The notes under the pieces are model-generated. The model worked only from the letters and a program-made list of their open reading frames with translations. It had not been told where the DNA came from and did not search any database. Below, piece by piece: positions 48,833 through 58,960 of a stretch of DNA of 64,000 nt (the first letter of the stretch is position 1; the number at the start of each line of letters is the position of its first letter). The stretch spans positions 145,034 to 209,033 of the forward strand of contig CAVVQC010000003.1 in the NCBI GenBank assembly GCA_963750275.1, in the 5' to 3' direction. A program made the translations under genes and the position numbers. The stretch is from an uncultured Chloroflexia bacterium. GTDB taxonomy: Bacteria > Chloroflexota > Chloroflexia > Thermomicrobiales > UBA6265.

Positions 48833-49801
48833 CTAATCCTCGGTCACCGCATACGCGATCAACAGCGCCAGAATCAACCCGCCCTGGATCATCATGCGCA
48901 CCGATTCGGCGATGTTCTCCACCGTCAGCAGATTGAGCAGAATCGTCAGCACCAGCGCCCCGCCGATGGTCCCGATGATCTTTCCGCGTCCCCCAATGAT
49001 CGACGTTCCACCGATCACCACCGCCGCGATCGACATGAGCATGTACGGATCGCCGGCGGTTTTCGAGCTATACCCCGTGCGGCCGAGAATCAGCAGACCA
49101 GTAATGGCCGCAAAGAAGCTGCACAGGGCATAGGTCGCGATCTGGATGGCGGTGGTGGGCACCCCCGAAATAAAAGCGGCGCGCGGATTATTGCCAATGG
49201 CATAGATCCCGCGGCCATACGACGTGAAATGCAGCAGAACAACGCAGACCAGCGTGACCGCGATCAACACCCAGAATGCGGCCGGAACACCCAGCAGCTT
49301 GTCTTTCGCCCAGTGCTCGAGAAACGGCGATTTACCACTGATCGGTTTCCCGGCGTTATAGACCAGGAGCACCCCCTGAATGATGCTCAACGTCGCCAGC
49401 GTCATCACCAGTGGTGGCAGCCTGAGGATCGTCACCCCCAGACCGTTGAAGACGCCGATCAGGATAGCGACCAGGAGGGTTACCAGAATGCCACCGGCCT
49501 GACCAAGCCCCGTCGTCATCAGGTTCCCGGCCACCACCCCCGTCATGGTGACGACCGCCGCCACCGAAAGGTCGATGCCGCCCATCAGGATCACCATCGT
49601 CTGACCGGCAGCCACGATGCCGAGAAACGCCGCGGTGCGCAGGGTCAACATCGTGTAATTGACCGTACGGAACCCGTCGTTACGGTAGATGCTGAAGCCC
49701 CAGAGCAGCAGGAGCACCACGAAGGTCAGGATGACCGGATCGATGCGGATGTTGCGCAGGCGAGAGGTCGCGCCGCTGGAGGTCGTGGGTAAGGAAGCCA
49801 T
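48833..49801 (-). CDS. CUT2 monosaccharide ABC permease (RbsC-like)
   Basis: 'GGIDLSV', 'YGRGIYAIGNN', 'IAAVVIGGTS..GGRG'. Confidence 0.92.
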   Translation of the reverse strand: MASLPTTSSGATSRLRNIRIDPVILTFVVLLLLWGFSIYRNDGFRTVNYTMLTLRTAAFLGIVAAGQTMVILMGGIDLSVAAVVTMTGVVAGNLMTTGLGQAGGILVTLLVAILIGVFNGLGVTILRLPPLVMTLATLSIIQGVLLVYNAGKPISGKSPFLEHWAKDKLLGVPAAFWVLIAVTLVCVVLLHFTSYGRGIYAIGNNPRAAFISGVPTTAIQIATYALCSFFAAITGLLILGRTGYSSKTAGDPYMLMSIAAVVIGGTSIIGGRGKIIGTIGGALVLTILLNLLTVENIAESVRMMIQGGLILALLIAYAVTED

Positions 49802-49803
49802 AC

Positions 49804-52419
49804 TCAGCGCCGCTCCTCTATGCGATAGGCTGCGAAGGTTTTGATCCCGATCGCCACGATCAGCACCAGTCCGTAGATGATCCGTTGATAGGCGACCGAG
49901 AAGCCAGAGATGAACAAAATCTGGGTGACCAAACCGAGGGTAAGCACACCGGCAATCGTTCCCCGCAGATGTCCTTGTCCGCCAAGAAAGCTGATACCGC
50001 CAAGCACCGCGGCGGCGATAGCGGCCAGCGTATAGGTGGTTCCGATGAGGGGGTCGCCCGAGCCGGCATACGCCGAGAGCCCGATTCCGGCCAGCGCCGC
50101 GAAGAGTCCGGCAATGATATAGGCCGCGATACGCAGGTTTTTGACCGGAAGACCGCTGAAGAACGCGCCTCGCTCGTTATCACCGATCGCATAGATGCCA
50201 ACGCCGAGCGGTGTCCGCTTGATCCCGTAGCGCCAGAAGAGCAGCGCCCCGATCAGCACCAGCAGGCTGACCGGCACAACCCCGCCGATCTGACCGATGA
50301 AGCGGGAGGAAAAGGAACGCGGTAAATGCCCGCCGGCCGAGGGTAAGACCCAGAGTGCCGCGCCCGCCCAGATAAACGAGGTCGCCAGCGTGACGATAAT
50401 GGCCGGCAGCTTGATATAGGAGACGATGGCACCGGTAAACAACCCAATCAGCGCACCACCGATCAGGACCATCGTGACCGCTTTCGCCATGGAAAGCGGG
50501 TTGTCGTACATCTGGGTGGCCAGAATGCAGGTAAAGAGCGACATCATGTTGCCGGTCGAGAGGTCGATACCGCCGGTGATCATGATGACCGACTGCGACA
50601 TCGCGGCCAGGAACAATGGGAACAGCCAGGTGGAGAGATTGTTGACGGTATTGATGCTGAACGTGTCACGGTTCATATAGAGGTAAAGCACGATGAAGAT
50701 CGCCGTGACCGCGTAAATCGGCAGGACATCCTGCCAGGCTCGGGAGAGCTTTTTGAAGACTCCCAACCGGGCGATGGGGCTGAGCGAGCGTTCCTCGATG
50801 ACCTCGGCGGTTTCGACTGGCTCCGAGTCCTGCTCCGCAGCTTCAGAAGTGAGCCGCGCCTCGATGCTCTTCTCGCCGCCGACCACCGAGGCATGGACCA
50901 CGTTTTCCTCGGTCACGTCGGCGCCACTCAGGGTGACCACCGGCTGGCGCTCGTACATCACCAGCACCCGGTCGCTCAGCCCCAGAAGCTCGATGGTGTC
51001 CGAGGAAATCAAAAGAATGGACGCGCCGGCGTTGGTCAGCTCCCGCATCAACCGGTGAATTTCCTGCTTGGTGCCGACATCGATACCGCGGGTTGGCTCT
51101 GACAGGAGCAGGATCTCCGGTTCCTGCGGCAGCCACTTGGCGATGGCAACTTTCTGCTGGTTACCACCACTGAGCCGCAGCACCTTCTGCTTGGGAGACC
51201 GCAGCTTGATCTGCAATTTCGCAATCAGGGAATCGATCAACGCCCCTTCGCGTCCCCGGTCGATGAGGCCGAAGCGGCTGATCGCATTGAGATTCGGCAG
51301 GGAGAGGTTGTCGTTGACAGGGAGCTGAAGCACCAGCCCTTCGGTCTTGCGATCCTCAGGAACAAAGGCGTAGCGCTGTCGGATCGCGGACCGGGGATTA
51401 TGCGCCGGAGCCGCGTTTCCATTGAGGAGCACCTCTCCCTCGACCCGGTAGAGTCCGAAGAGTGCGCCCAACAGCTCGCGCTGTCCCTGGCCCTGCAATC
51501 CGCCGAGCCCAAGGATTTCCCCGCGATGCAGCTCGAAATCGACCTTCTGGAACCGATGTCCCGAGCTGAGATTCTTCACAGACAGGACGACCGGCGCTTC
51601 CATAAGCTCGTCGATCGGCGGCTTTGGCGGGAAGATGTCGGTAATCTCACGCCCGACCATGAATTGGACCAACGCCTCGGTAGTCGTCCCGGCGCTGGGA
51701 ACCGTGGTCACATATTCGCCGTTTTTGAGCACGGTGATCCGGTCCGTGATCGCGAAGATCTCTTCGAGCCGGTGGGACACGAAAACGACCGAAACGCCCC
51801 GGTCTCGCAAGGTGCGCAGGGATCTGAAAAAGAGCTCGACCTGCGACTTATCGAGGGCAGAGGTGGCTTCATCGAGAATGAGGAGCTTCGGCTCGGCGAC
51901 CAGCGCCTTGGCGAACTCGACCAGCTGTTGCTCGGCGAGCGGAAGCTCTCCCGCCAGGGCTTTCGGATCGATCTCGATCCCCAGCTCGGCGAAAATGCGG
52001 GCGGACTCGGCTTCGATGTGTCCGTAATCGACTTGACCGAAACGGGTTGTCGGCAGCCGGCCAAGAAAGATGTTCTCGGCCACCGACAGATGGGGAATGA
52101 GACTGAGCTCCTGATGCACCGTGGCGATGCCAATCGCTTCAGCCTGGTGCGGGGAAAGCCCGTTGAAGGACACCCCATTGAACTCGATCGTGCCCGAGTC
52201 AGGACGGTGTACCCCCGTCACCAGATTGATCCAGGTGCTCTTACCGGCGCCGTTCTCGCCCATCAGAGCGTGAATCTCGCCGGGGACCACCTCGAAACCC
52301 ACCCGGTCGAGCACGACATTGCCCGCGAACGACTTGGTCAGGCCGACGGTCCGCAGAAGCGGCGTCGTGGCGGATGCATCTGGAGTGAGAGCTGTTTTAG
52401 GGGCGCTGGTAATGGCCAC
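49804..52419 (-). CDS. Fused CUT2 tandem ATPase (RbsA-like) plus permease (RbsC-like)
   Basis: 'LMGENGAGKST', 'LDEATSAL', 'LSGGNQQKV', then about 50-aa linker and 'GGIDLS...GIYAIG...IAAAVLGG'; single uninterrupted frame. Confidence 0.85.
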   Translation of the reverse strand: MAITSAPKTALTPDASATTPLLRTVGLTKSFAGNVVLDRVGFEVVPGEIHALMGENGAGKSTWINLVTGVHRPDSGTIEFNGVSFNGLSPHQAEAIGIATVHQELSLIPHLSVAENIFLGRLPTTRFGQVDYGHIEAESARIFAELGIEIDPKALAGELPLAEQQLVEFAKALVAEPKLLILDEATSALDKSQVELFFRSLRTLRDRGVSVVFVSHRLEEIFAITDRITVLKNGEYVTTVPSAGTTTEALVQFMVGREITDIFPPKPPIDELMEAPVVLSVKNLSSGHRFQKVDFELHRGEILGLGGLQGQGQRELLGALFGLYRVEGEVLLNGNAAPAHNPRSAIRQRYAFVPEDRKTEGLVLQLPVNDNLSLPNLNAISRFGLIDRGREGALIDSLIAKLQIKLRSPKQKVLRLSGGNQQKVAIAKWLPQEPEILLLSEPTRGIDVGTKQEIHRLMRELTNAGASILLISSDTIELLGLSDRVLVMYERQPVVTLSGADVTEENVVHASVVGGEKSIEARLTSEAAEQDSEPVETAEVIEERSLSPIARLGVFKKLSRAWQDVLPIYAVTAIFIVLYLYMNRDTFSINTVNNLSTWLFPLFLAAMSQSVIMITGGIDLSTGNMMSLFTCILATQMYDNPLSMAKAVTMVLIGGALIGLFTGAIVSYIKLPAIIVTLATSFIWAGAALWVLPSAGGHLPRSFSSRFIGQIGGVVPVSLLVLIGALLFWRYGIKRTPLGVGIYAIGDNERGAFFSGLPVKNLRIAAYIIAGLFAALAGIGLSAYAGSGDPLIGTTYTLAAIAAAVLGGISFLGGQGHLRGTIAGVLTLGLVTQILFISGFSVAYQRIIYGLVLIVAIGIKTFAAYRIEERR

Positions 52420-52493
52420 GTCAGACCTGTATCGAGAGGAGAAGTGCATCCGATATCACATCGGGGATGCACGCGGTTTGCCGGTCAGACCGC

Positions 52494-52516
52494 GCCCGGG
52501 GCTAAAGGCCCCGGGC
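52494..52516. repeat. Family C GC hairpin (CCCGGG-type)
   Basis: GCCCGGGGC-TAAAG-GCCCCGGGC; related hairpins at 3101..3124, 3351..3369 and 7621..7648. Confidence 0.6.
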
Positions 52517-52590
52517 ACAAGTTTACAAACATCTTCGAGGTCTGGGTCCCTGCTCCCGTTATTGGGAGCAGGACAGTGCCAGGAACGAGG

Positions 52591-53706
52591 TTAGGCGGAT
52601 GGGGAAGCCATGGCCTCTGGCGTACCACCCGTCATCGCATTGTTGATGATCTCCTCGATCTCGGCTGGTCCTGGGACCTGCGGAATCGAGTACCAGTCTT
52701 CCGGAAGCTCCGAATTGGCCCACTCGCAGACATTGTCGTTGGTGATAATCGGCAGCGGAACCTCGACCGAGCTCGGCACTGGCATCCCCTGGACAGCCAA
52801 AATGGCCAGGTCGAGCGAGATGACCGCCATGTAGTTCGCTTCGGCAGTGCCATAGCCGGAGAAGCCTTCATCCACGAGGTCGCACCAGTTGAGCAGGAAC
52901 GCGTTGAAGTTTTCGCCCGCGATCGGCACGAGATCCATACCGAGTGACTGCAGGGTCTTGAGCGCGGCCGAGGCATGGGCACCGGCCTGGCACCAGATGC
53001 CAACGACATCGGGATGCGCCGAGAGGAGGCTTTCCATCTCGGGGAGGGCTGGGGCTTCGTTGTATTCGATGTTGGCGGTACCAACAATCTCGACATCGGG
53101 ATTGGCGTCGAAGATTTCCTTCGCGCCCTGCCAGCGCTGCTCGCTAACCGAAATACCGGCCGGCCCGTTGATCGCCAGGATCGGACCGGAACCGCCAATC
53201 TCATCGACCAGCCACTGCGCCGTCATGCGGCCCCATTCGACCTGATCTTCGAAGACAAGAGCGGTCAGCTGATCGGTGCTCACCAGCGAGTCCCAGTTGA
53301 CAACAACCACGCCGGCGCTGTGCGCCGACTCGACGACCTGGTCGAGCGCGGTGGCCGACCCGGCGATCAACAGACAAATGTCGTACTCCTGGTCGATCAT
53401 CGTCTGGATCTGGGCAATCTGGGTCGCGGTGTCGCCATTGGCATCGAACACCTGGAAATCGATCGTCGCGCCCATATCGGTGAGGCGCTGGACCTCTGCC
53501 TCGATCTCGTTCTGGGTCTCCGTCATCCACGACGGTGTCGTGTAGATCGTCGACCAGCCGATCTTCAGCGGCGGGAGACCGTCCACTGGCGGCCAGTTGG
53601 TGTCCTGCGCAAACGCGCTCAGGCGAGTCTGGCTGGCAACGGTCACTGCTGCCGTAAGCGCAGCGGAGCCAACGACAAATCGTCGGCGATCAAATGCTTT
53701 ATCCAT
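52591..53706 (-). CDS. CUT2 sugar ABC substrate-binding protein (RbsB-like), Tat signal
   Basis: 'FDRRRFV...AFA|QD'; 'DANGDTATQIAQIQTMI', 'INGPAGISVSEQR'. Confidence 0.88.
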   Translation of the reverse strand: MDKAFDRRRFVVGSAALTAAVTVASQTRLSAFAQDTNWPPVDGLPPLKIGWSTIYTTPSWMTETQNEIEAEVQRLTDMGATIDFQVFDANGDTATQIAQIQTMIDQEYDICLLIAGSATALDQVVESAHSAGVVVVNWDSLVSTDQLTALVFEDQVEWGRMTAQWLVDEIGGSGPILAINGPAGISVSEQRWQGAKEIFDANPDVEIVGTANIEYNEAPALPEMESLLSAHPDVVGIWCQAGAHASAALKTLQSLGMDLVPIAGENFNAFLLNWCDLVDEGFSGYGTAEANYMAVISLDLAILAVQGMPVPSSVEVPLPIITNDNVCEWANSELPEDWYSIPQVPGPAEIEEIINNAMTGGTPEAMASPSA

Positions 53707-54039
53707 TTGGATATTCCCTTCGTTCAGCCTATGGGCCGAATTGACGGATTTGGGACACGCGTTCGTCCCAGCTCGTTACTCTACACAATCGGATATCGCT
53801 GCACAACTGCCCATGCGATCGAAAGCCTGTGCCATCGCCGGTCCTTCCTTCGTGCCCTCGGAGGTGCGAGCGCGACCAGCCTTTTTTCAGGAATTTGCGG
53901 AGCGAAACCGCACCATACAGAGACCATGGCAAGCTGCTACGATCGCCCGGCCGGACTGCGGAGGACCCTCCTGCTGCTTCCGTGCCTGGGAATACACTGC
54001 CGACCGAGTCAATTCGCGTCGTGTCGTTAGGAGTCAACA

Positions 54040-55740
54040 ATGTCCTGCGTCCGTCCCGCCTCTGTGCGTTACCTGAACGATCTGCCCGTGCCGATGCGTG
54101 ATGGTATACGACTCTCGGCGGATGTCTATCTGCCAGCGGAGGAAGGCCCATGGCCGGTGTTACTGGCGCGGACTCCCTACGATAACAATGGGGATATGGA
54201 CATCGGCTTTTGGTGGGCGCAGCAAGGGTACGCCTTCGTGACCCAGGACGTGCGCGGGCGCTATGACTCCGAAGGCGATTTCGTGCCATGGGACAACGAG
54301 ACCGAGGATGGGTACGACACCATCGAGTGGATCGGGCAGCAACCATGGTGCGACGGCAATATCGGGATGAGCGGTGGGTCCTACGTCGCTCAGGTCCAAT
54401 GGCAGGCGGCGTTCACGCAGCATCCGTTATTGAAAGCGATCGCGCCACGCGTGATGGGCAACAACTTATGGGATAGCCCCCACTTCCAGAACGGCGCGTT
54501 CGGACTCGGGGTGAACGCGGTCTGGGGTTGGCGAACGATGGCCCGCACCACACAACGCATCGACAAAATCGACTGGCCCGCGGTATTGCGAACGTTGCCG
54601 CTGCGCAAGATGGACGAGATGTCCGGCAAACGCCATCCAGCCTTTTCCACCTGGCTCGACCATCACGACTACGACGATTACTGGAAGTCGACCGCAGTCG
54701 ATGAGCACTTCGGACGCTTCACGATTCCGGTCCTGCAAGTCTGCGGTTGGTTCGATCTCTACTCGGCTGGAATGATGCTCAATTTCACCGGACTTCGGGA
54801 GCATGCCGGCAACGAGCTGGCGCGGCAGAACCAGCAGATCGTGATGGGACCGTGGACGCATCAACAGGCGGGCAGTCTGATGGCGCAGACCGATACCAGT
54901 GCTGGCGACCGCGATTTTGGCGTGCCCTCGCTGCTCGATACCCGCGCAATCGAGCTCCGCTGGTGGGACCACTGGCTGAAGGGGATCGACAACGGAGCCG
55001 AGCGTGAGGCACCGGTGAAGCTCTACGTGATGGGTGCCGATACCTGGCGTGAGGAACAGGAATGGCCGCTCGCGCGCACGGAATGGACCCCCTATTACTT
55101 GCATTCCGGAGGGGGCGCAAACACGCTGCGCGGCGATGGCATGCTCAGTACAGAGAAACCGGGGACCGAACCAGTCGATCACTACGACTACGATCCGGAG
55201 CTGCCGGCCCCAACGATGGGCGGCTGCAATTGCTGCAACCCGGAAATTGTGCCGTGGGGGATGTATGACCAGCGGCCGGTCGAAATGCGTGACGATGTGC
55301 TCGTCTACACGACCCCGCCGCTCGAACAGGATACCGAGGTCACCGGTCCGGTGGTCGTCCAGCTCTATGCCGCCACCGATGGGCGCGATACCGATTTCAC
55401 CGCCAAACTGGTCGATGTCCTCCCAGACGGAACGGCATGGAACCTGTGCGACGGAATCGTACGCGCCCGCTATCGCGACGGTCGCGGACCGGCAGAGCTG
55501 CTGGAACCAGGCGAGGTGTATGAATTCACTATCGACTGCTGGGTGACGAGCAATCTCTTCAAAGCGGGACATCGCATCCGGGTGGAGATCAGCAGTAGCA
55601 ACTTCCCGCGCTTCGATCGGAATCTCAATACCGGCGATCCGATCGCGGACGACGCAAGCCCGCGAGTGGCGCACCAGACGATCCACCACGACGCTGAGCA
55701 CCCGTCGCACATCCTGCTGCCGATCATTCCCACGGCATAG
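54040..55740 (+). CDS. CocE/NonD family serine hydrolase (S15)
   Basis: 'MRDGIRLSADVY', 'RTPY', 'QDVRGRYDSEG', nucleophile 'GGSYV', 'GWFD', 'GPWTH', 'SSSNFPRF'. Confidence 0.93.
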   Translation: MSCVRPASVRYLNDLPVPMRDGIRLSADVYLPAEEGPWPVLLARTPYDNNGDMDIGFWWAQQGYAFVTQDVRGRYDSEGDFVPWDNETEDGYDTIEWIGQQPWCDGNIGMSGGSYVAQVQWQAAFTQHPLLKAIAPRVMGNNLWDSPHFQNGAFGLGVNAVWGWRTMARTTQRIDKIDWPAVLRTLPLRKMDEMSGKRHPAFSTWLDHHDYDDYWKSTAVDEHFGRFTIPVLQVCGWFDLYSAGMMLNFTGLREHAGNELARQNQQIVMGPWTHQQAGSLMAQTDTSAGDRDFGVPSLLDTRAIELRWWDHWLKGIDNGAEREAPVKLYVMGADTWREEQEWPLARTEWTPYYLHSGGGANTLRGDGMLSTEKPGTEPVDHYDYDPELPAPTMGGCNCCNPEIVPWGMYDQRPVEMRDDVLVYTTPPLEQDTEVTGPVVVQLYAATDGRDTDFTAKLVDVLPDGTAWNLCDGIVRARYRDGRGPAELLEPGEVYEFTIDCWVTSNLFKAGHRIRVEISSSNFPRFDRNLNTGDPIADDASPRVAHQTIHHDAEHPSHILLPIIPTA

Positions 55741-56032
55741 GCAAAGCGCAATTCAATTCGCTCGAGCAGGGCAAACCGGTGAGGGTGAGCCCACCGATTC
55801 CAGCGGCATGCACGAACACTATCCGCCCATTCCGTGGGTTGGCAGGGTGTGTGATCCCGGAAAAAACCGTTCAAAGGATTCGCTTCGCACTAACCAGTTT
55901 GAGACGGAGCGTTTCCGAATCTCCCCTCTTCCGATAACACGCCATGACCGGCCAGCTCGAATGGTGCGAAGATACGACCGCGATCATGGTCACTTCGATC
56001 TTGAGCGACAACCGTAGGAGGAAGAGCGCATC

Positions 56033-57520
56033 GTGGCATCCAAACCGAACATTCTTATTCTCTGGGGTGATGACATCGGCTGGTGGAATATCAGCTACAA
56101 CAATCGCGGGCAGATGGGGTATCGCACCCCGAATATCGACCGCATTGCCAATGAAGGCGTCGCCTTCACCGACTACTACGGCCAGCAATCCTGCACCGCC
56201 GGTCGCGCCGCCTTTATTACCGGTCAGAATCCCTGGCGCACCGGCCTGACCAAGGTTGGTATCCCGGGCGCGCCGCTTGGCCTGCAAAAGGAAGACCCCA
56301 CGATTGCCGAGCTGCTCAAGCCGCACGGGTATGCCACCGGACAATTTGGCAAAAACCACCTCGGGGACCGGGATGAATTCCTGCCCACGATGCACGGCTT
56401 CGATGAGTTCTTTGGCAATCTCTATCACCTGAATGCCGAAGAAGAACCGGAAGATCCCGACTTCCCGAAGAGCGAAGTATTCCGTTCCCGCTACATGCCG
56501 CGTGGGGTCATGCACTCCTGGGCGAACGGCGATGGCACCCAGAAGGTGGAGGACACCGGCCCGCTGACCAAAAAGCGCATGGAAACCATCGACGAGGAAA
56601 TCACTGACGCGGCCCTTGGGTTTATCGATAAAGCGGTCGAGGATGACAAGCCGTTCTTCCTCTGGTGGAACAGCACCCATATGCACTTCCGCACCCATAC
56701 CCGGGAGCAAGATCTGGGGCGGTCCGGGCAAGGCTTCTACAACGATTCCATGATGTATCACGACGATCTGGTCGGGCAGATGCTCGACAAGCTCGATGAG
56801 CTCGGCATCGCCGACAACACCATCGTCATGTACTCCACCGACAACGGTCCGCACTACAACGCCTGGCCCGATGGCGGTATCACCCCCTTCCGCAGTGAGA
56901 AAAACACCAACTGGGAAGGCGCCTACCGCGTGCCGGCCTTCTATCGCTGGCCGGAACAGATCCCGGCAGGAACTGTGCTGAACGGCATCGTTACGCATCA
57001 GGATGCGCTGCCCACACTGCTGGCCGCGGCCGGCGAACCGGACATCGTCGAGAAGTGCAAACAGGGGTACACCGTTGGAGACATGACCTATAAGGTCTGC
57101 ATCGACGGATTCAACATGCTCGACTACTTCACTGGCGAGTCGGACGAATGCCCCCGCGACTACTACTTCTACGCCAATGACGATGCCGAGCTGGTCGCTA
57201 TTCGCTTCGGAGACTGGAAGTCGGTCTTCATGGAGCAGCGCGCGCATCAAATGCAGGTGTGGGCCGAACCGTTCGTCAAGCTCCGCCTACCAAAGCTCTT
57301 CAATCTGCGACGCGATCCGTTCGAGCGTGCTGATATCGATTCGAATACCTACTACGACTGGCTGCTGAGCAAGGCGTTCATGGTTGCTGGGGCCCAGATG
57401 GTTCTCAAGGCGCACGCGGCATCCATGGTGGAATTTCCGCCGCGACAAGCTCCAGGCTCCTTCAATGTCGACGGAATTCTCAAGACGATCGAGGATTCAC
57501 TCGGCGCCGGCGCTCACTGA
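56033..57520 (+). CDS. Arylsulfatase (formylglycine-dependent S1 sulfatase)
   Basis: 'PNIL...GDDIG', signature 'SCTAGRAAFITG', 'GKNHLG', 'TDNG', 'GAYRVP'; RBS AGGAGG. Confidence 0.94.
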   Translation: MASKPNILILWGDDIGWWNISYNNRGQMGYRTPNIDRIANEGVAFTDYYGQQSCTAGRAAFITGQNPWRTGLTKVGIPGAPLGLQKEDPTIAELLKPHGYATGQFGKNHLGDRDEFLPTMHGFDEFFGNLYHLNAEEEPEDPDFPKSEVFRSRYMPRGVMHSWANGDGTQKVEDTGPLTKKRMETIDEEITDAALGFIDKAVEDDKPFFLWWNSTHMHFRTHTREQDLGRSGQGFYNDSMMYHDDLVGQMLDKLDELGIADNTIVMYSTDNGPHYNAWPDGGITPFRSEKNTNWEGAYRVPAFYRWPEQIPAGTVLNGIVTHQDALPTLLAAAGEPDIVEKCKQGYTVGDMTYKVCIDGFNMLDYFTGESDECPRDYYFYANDDAELVAIRFGDWKSVFMEQRAHQMQVWAEPFVKLRLPKLFNLRRDPFERADIDSNTYYDWLLSKAFMVAGAQMVLKAHAASMVEFPPRQAPGSFNVDGILKTIEDSLGAGAH

Positions 57521-57542
57521 GTGCGGCAAGGAAACGACGACA

Positions 57543-57573
57543 CCAGAGAGCGGGCAACTTGCCCGCTCTCTGG
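57543..57573. terminator. Perfect 15-bp inverted repeat between the sulfatase and HAD genes
   Basis: CCAGAGAGCGGGCAA-c-TTGCCCGCTCTCTGG; no long T-tract. Confidence 0.5.
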
Positions 57574-57599
57574 CTTGAAGCAGGAGCATTGAAGCGACG

Positions 57600-58517
57600 A
57601 TGAGCACCTCACTTGTGGCCTGGAGCAACACGCCAACCAAAGCGGCCATCATCGACTTTGTCGAGCGCACCACCACCGAGGGCAGTGTCGATTATCTCGA
57701 ACCGAACGACCGCATCGCGGTGTTCGATAACGACGGCACCCTCTGGACCGAGTACCCGGCTTACAGCCAGTTTCTCTTCGCGGTCGACCGCCTGAAGGCG
57801 ATGGCGCCGGACCATCCCGAATGGAAAGACGATCCTGCGCTGGGTGCGGTGCTCTCGGGCGACATGGCTGCTTTTGGCAAAACTGGCATGCAGGGCCTCG
57901 TCACCCTGGTCATGGCGACCCATGCGGGCGTCACCACCGAGCAATTCGCCGAGATCGTGCGCGAGTGGATCGCAACTGCTGAGCACCCGATCTACAAGCG
58001 GCCGTATCCCACCACCGCGTTCGCGCCAATGGTGGAACTGCTCGGGTATCTGCGCGACAACGGGTACACCACCTTCATCGTCTCGGGGGGCGGGGTGGAG
58101 TTCATGCGCGCCTTTACCCAGGACGCCTACGGCATCCCCCCGGAGCAGGTCATCGGTTCGACCGGCAAGACCGAGTTCAGGATGGTCGATGGGAAGCCGG
58201 TGCTGATGAAGCTGCCAGAGATGGATGCCATCAACGACGGTCCCGGCAAACCAGTGGGTATCGAAAAATTCCTTGGCCGTCGTCCGGTAATGACCTTTGG
58301 CAACTCCGACGGCGATCTGGAAATGCTCCAGTACACCGCCGCCGGTGACGGCCCCCGATTCATGGCACTTGTGCACCACGACGATGCCGACCGGGAAGCC
58401 GCCTATGACAAGGGCGCCACGTTCGGTGGGCTGGATAAGGCGCTCACCGAAGCACGGGCTCGCGGGTGGACCGTGATCAGCATGAAGCACGACTTTGGCA
58501 CGATTTTTGCCGACTAG
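57600..58517 (+). CDS. HAD-superfamily phosphatase (NapD-like)
   Basis: Motif I 'VFDNDGTLW', 'VSGGG', 'GPGKP', 'FGNSDGD'. Confidence 0.9.
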   Translation: MSTSLVAWSNTPTKAAIIDFVERTTTEGSVDYLEPNDRIAVFDNDGTLWTEYPAYSQFLFAVDRLKAMAPDHPEWKDDPALGAVLSGDMAAFGKTGMQGLVTLVMATHAGVTTEQFAEIVREWIATAEHPIYKRPYPTTAFAPMVELLGYLRDNGYTTFIVSGGGVEFMRAFTQDAYGIPPEQVIGSTGKTEFRMVDGKPVLMKLPEMDAINDGPGKPVGIEKFLGRRPVMTFGNSDGDLEMLQYTAAGDGPRFMALVHHDDADREAAYDKGATFGGLDKALTEARARGWTVISMKHDFGTIFAD

Positions 58518-58552
58518 GCGGTCGCCTGGGAATGGAACGAATGGTGTGCCAG

Positions 58553-58580
58553 ACGACGTCCGGAAGGCTCCGGACGTCGT
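58553..58580. terminator. Hairpin downstream of the HAD gene
   Basis: ACGACGTCCGGA-aggc-TCCGGACGTCGT. Confidence 0.5.
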
Positions 58581-58690
58581 ACTGTATTTGACAGTCCGGT
58601 GCAGAATCGCAAGAACGACGATAATTACCGGCAGAAACAGAGTTAGCGATCCAATTCGCCGGCTCCACGACTCCAGTGCGAGGATATGCA

Positions 58691-58960
58691 ATGAAGCGAC
58701 GTGTCGTGCTTCGAATCTGGGGACGGGTTCAGGGGGTTAACTACCGGCGGGCTGCGAAGCGAGAAGCGGTGCGCCTTGGCGTGACCGGGTTCGCGCGGAA
58801 TATGCCAGACGATTCGGTCTGGATCGAAGCCGAAGGAACCGATGAAACCATCACGAAATACATCACCTGGTGCGAGAAAGGCCCGCCGCGCTCCGAGGTG
58901 ACGCAGTTCGAGGTCCAGGAAGGCGATCTCGTCGGCTACAAGGGATTCGAGATCTATTGA
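58691..58960 (+). CDS. acyP: Acylphosphatase
   Basis: 'GRVQGVNYR', 'GFARNMPD.SV.IEAEG', 'GPPRSEV'. Confidence 0.93.
   Translation: MKRRVVLRIWGRVQGVNYRRAAKREAVRLGVTGFARNMPDDSVWIEAEGTDETITKYITWCEKGPPRSEVTQFEVQEGDLVGYKGFEIY

Noticed and set aside
51400-52947. 515-aa plus-strand ORF
   Set aside because: Antisense to the well-supported ABC ATPase-permease gene; no recognisable domain.
55765-55830. c-di-GMP-I riboswitch (AGGGCAAACC start)
   Set aside because: Lacks the GNRA-capped P2 and the downstream GACGCAAAGC element of the consensus.
55871-58691. 459-aa and 360-aa minus-strand ORFs
   Set aside because: Antisense shadows of the sulfatase and HAD genes.
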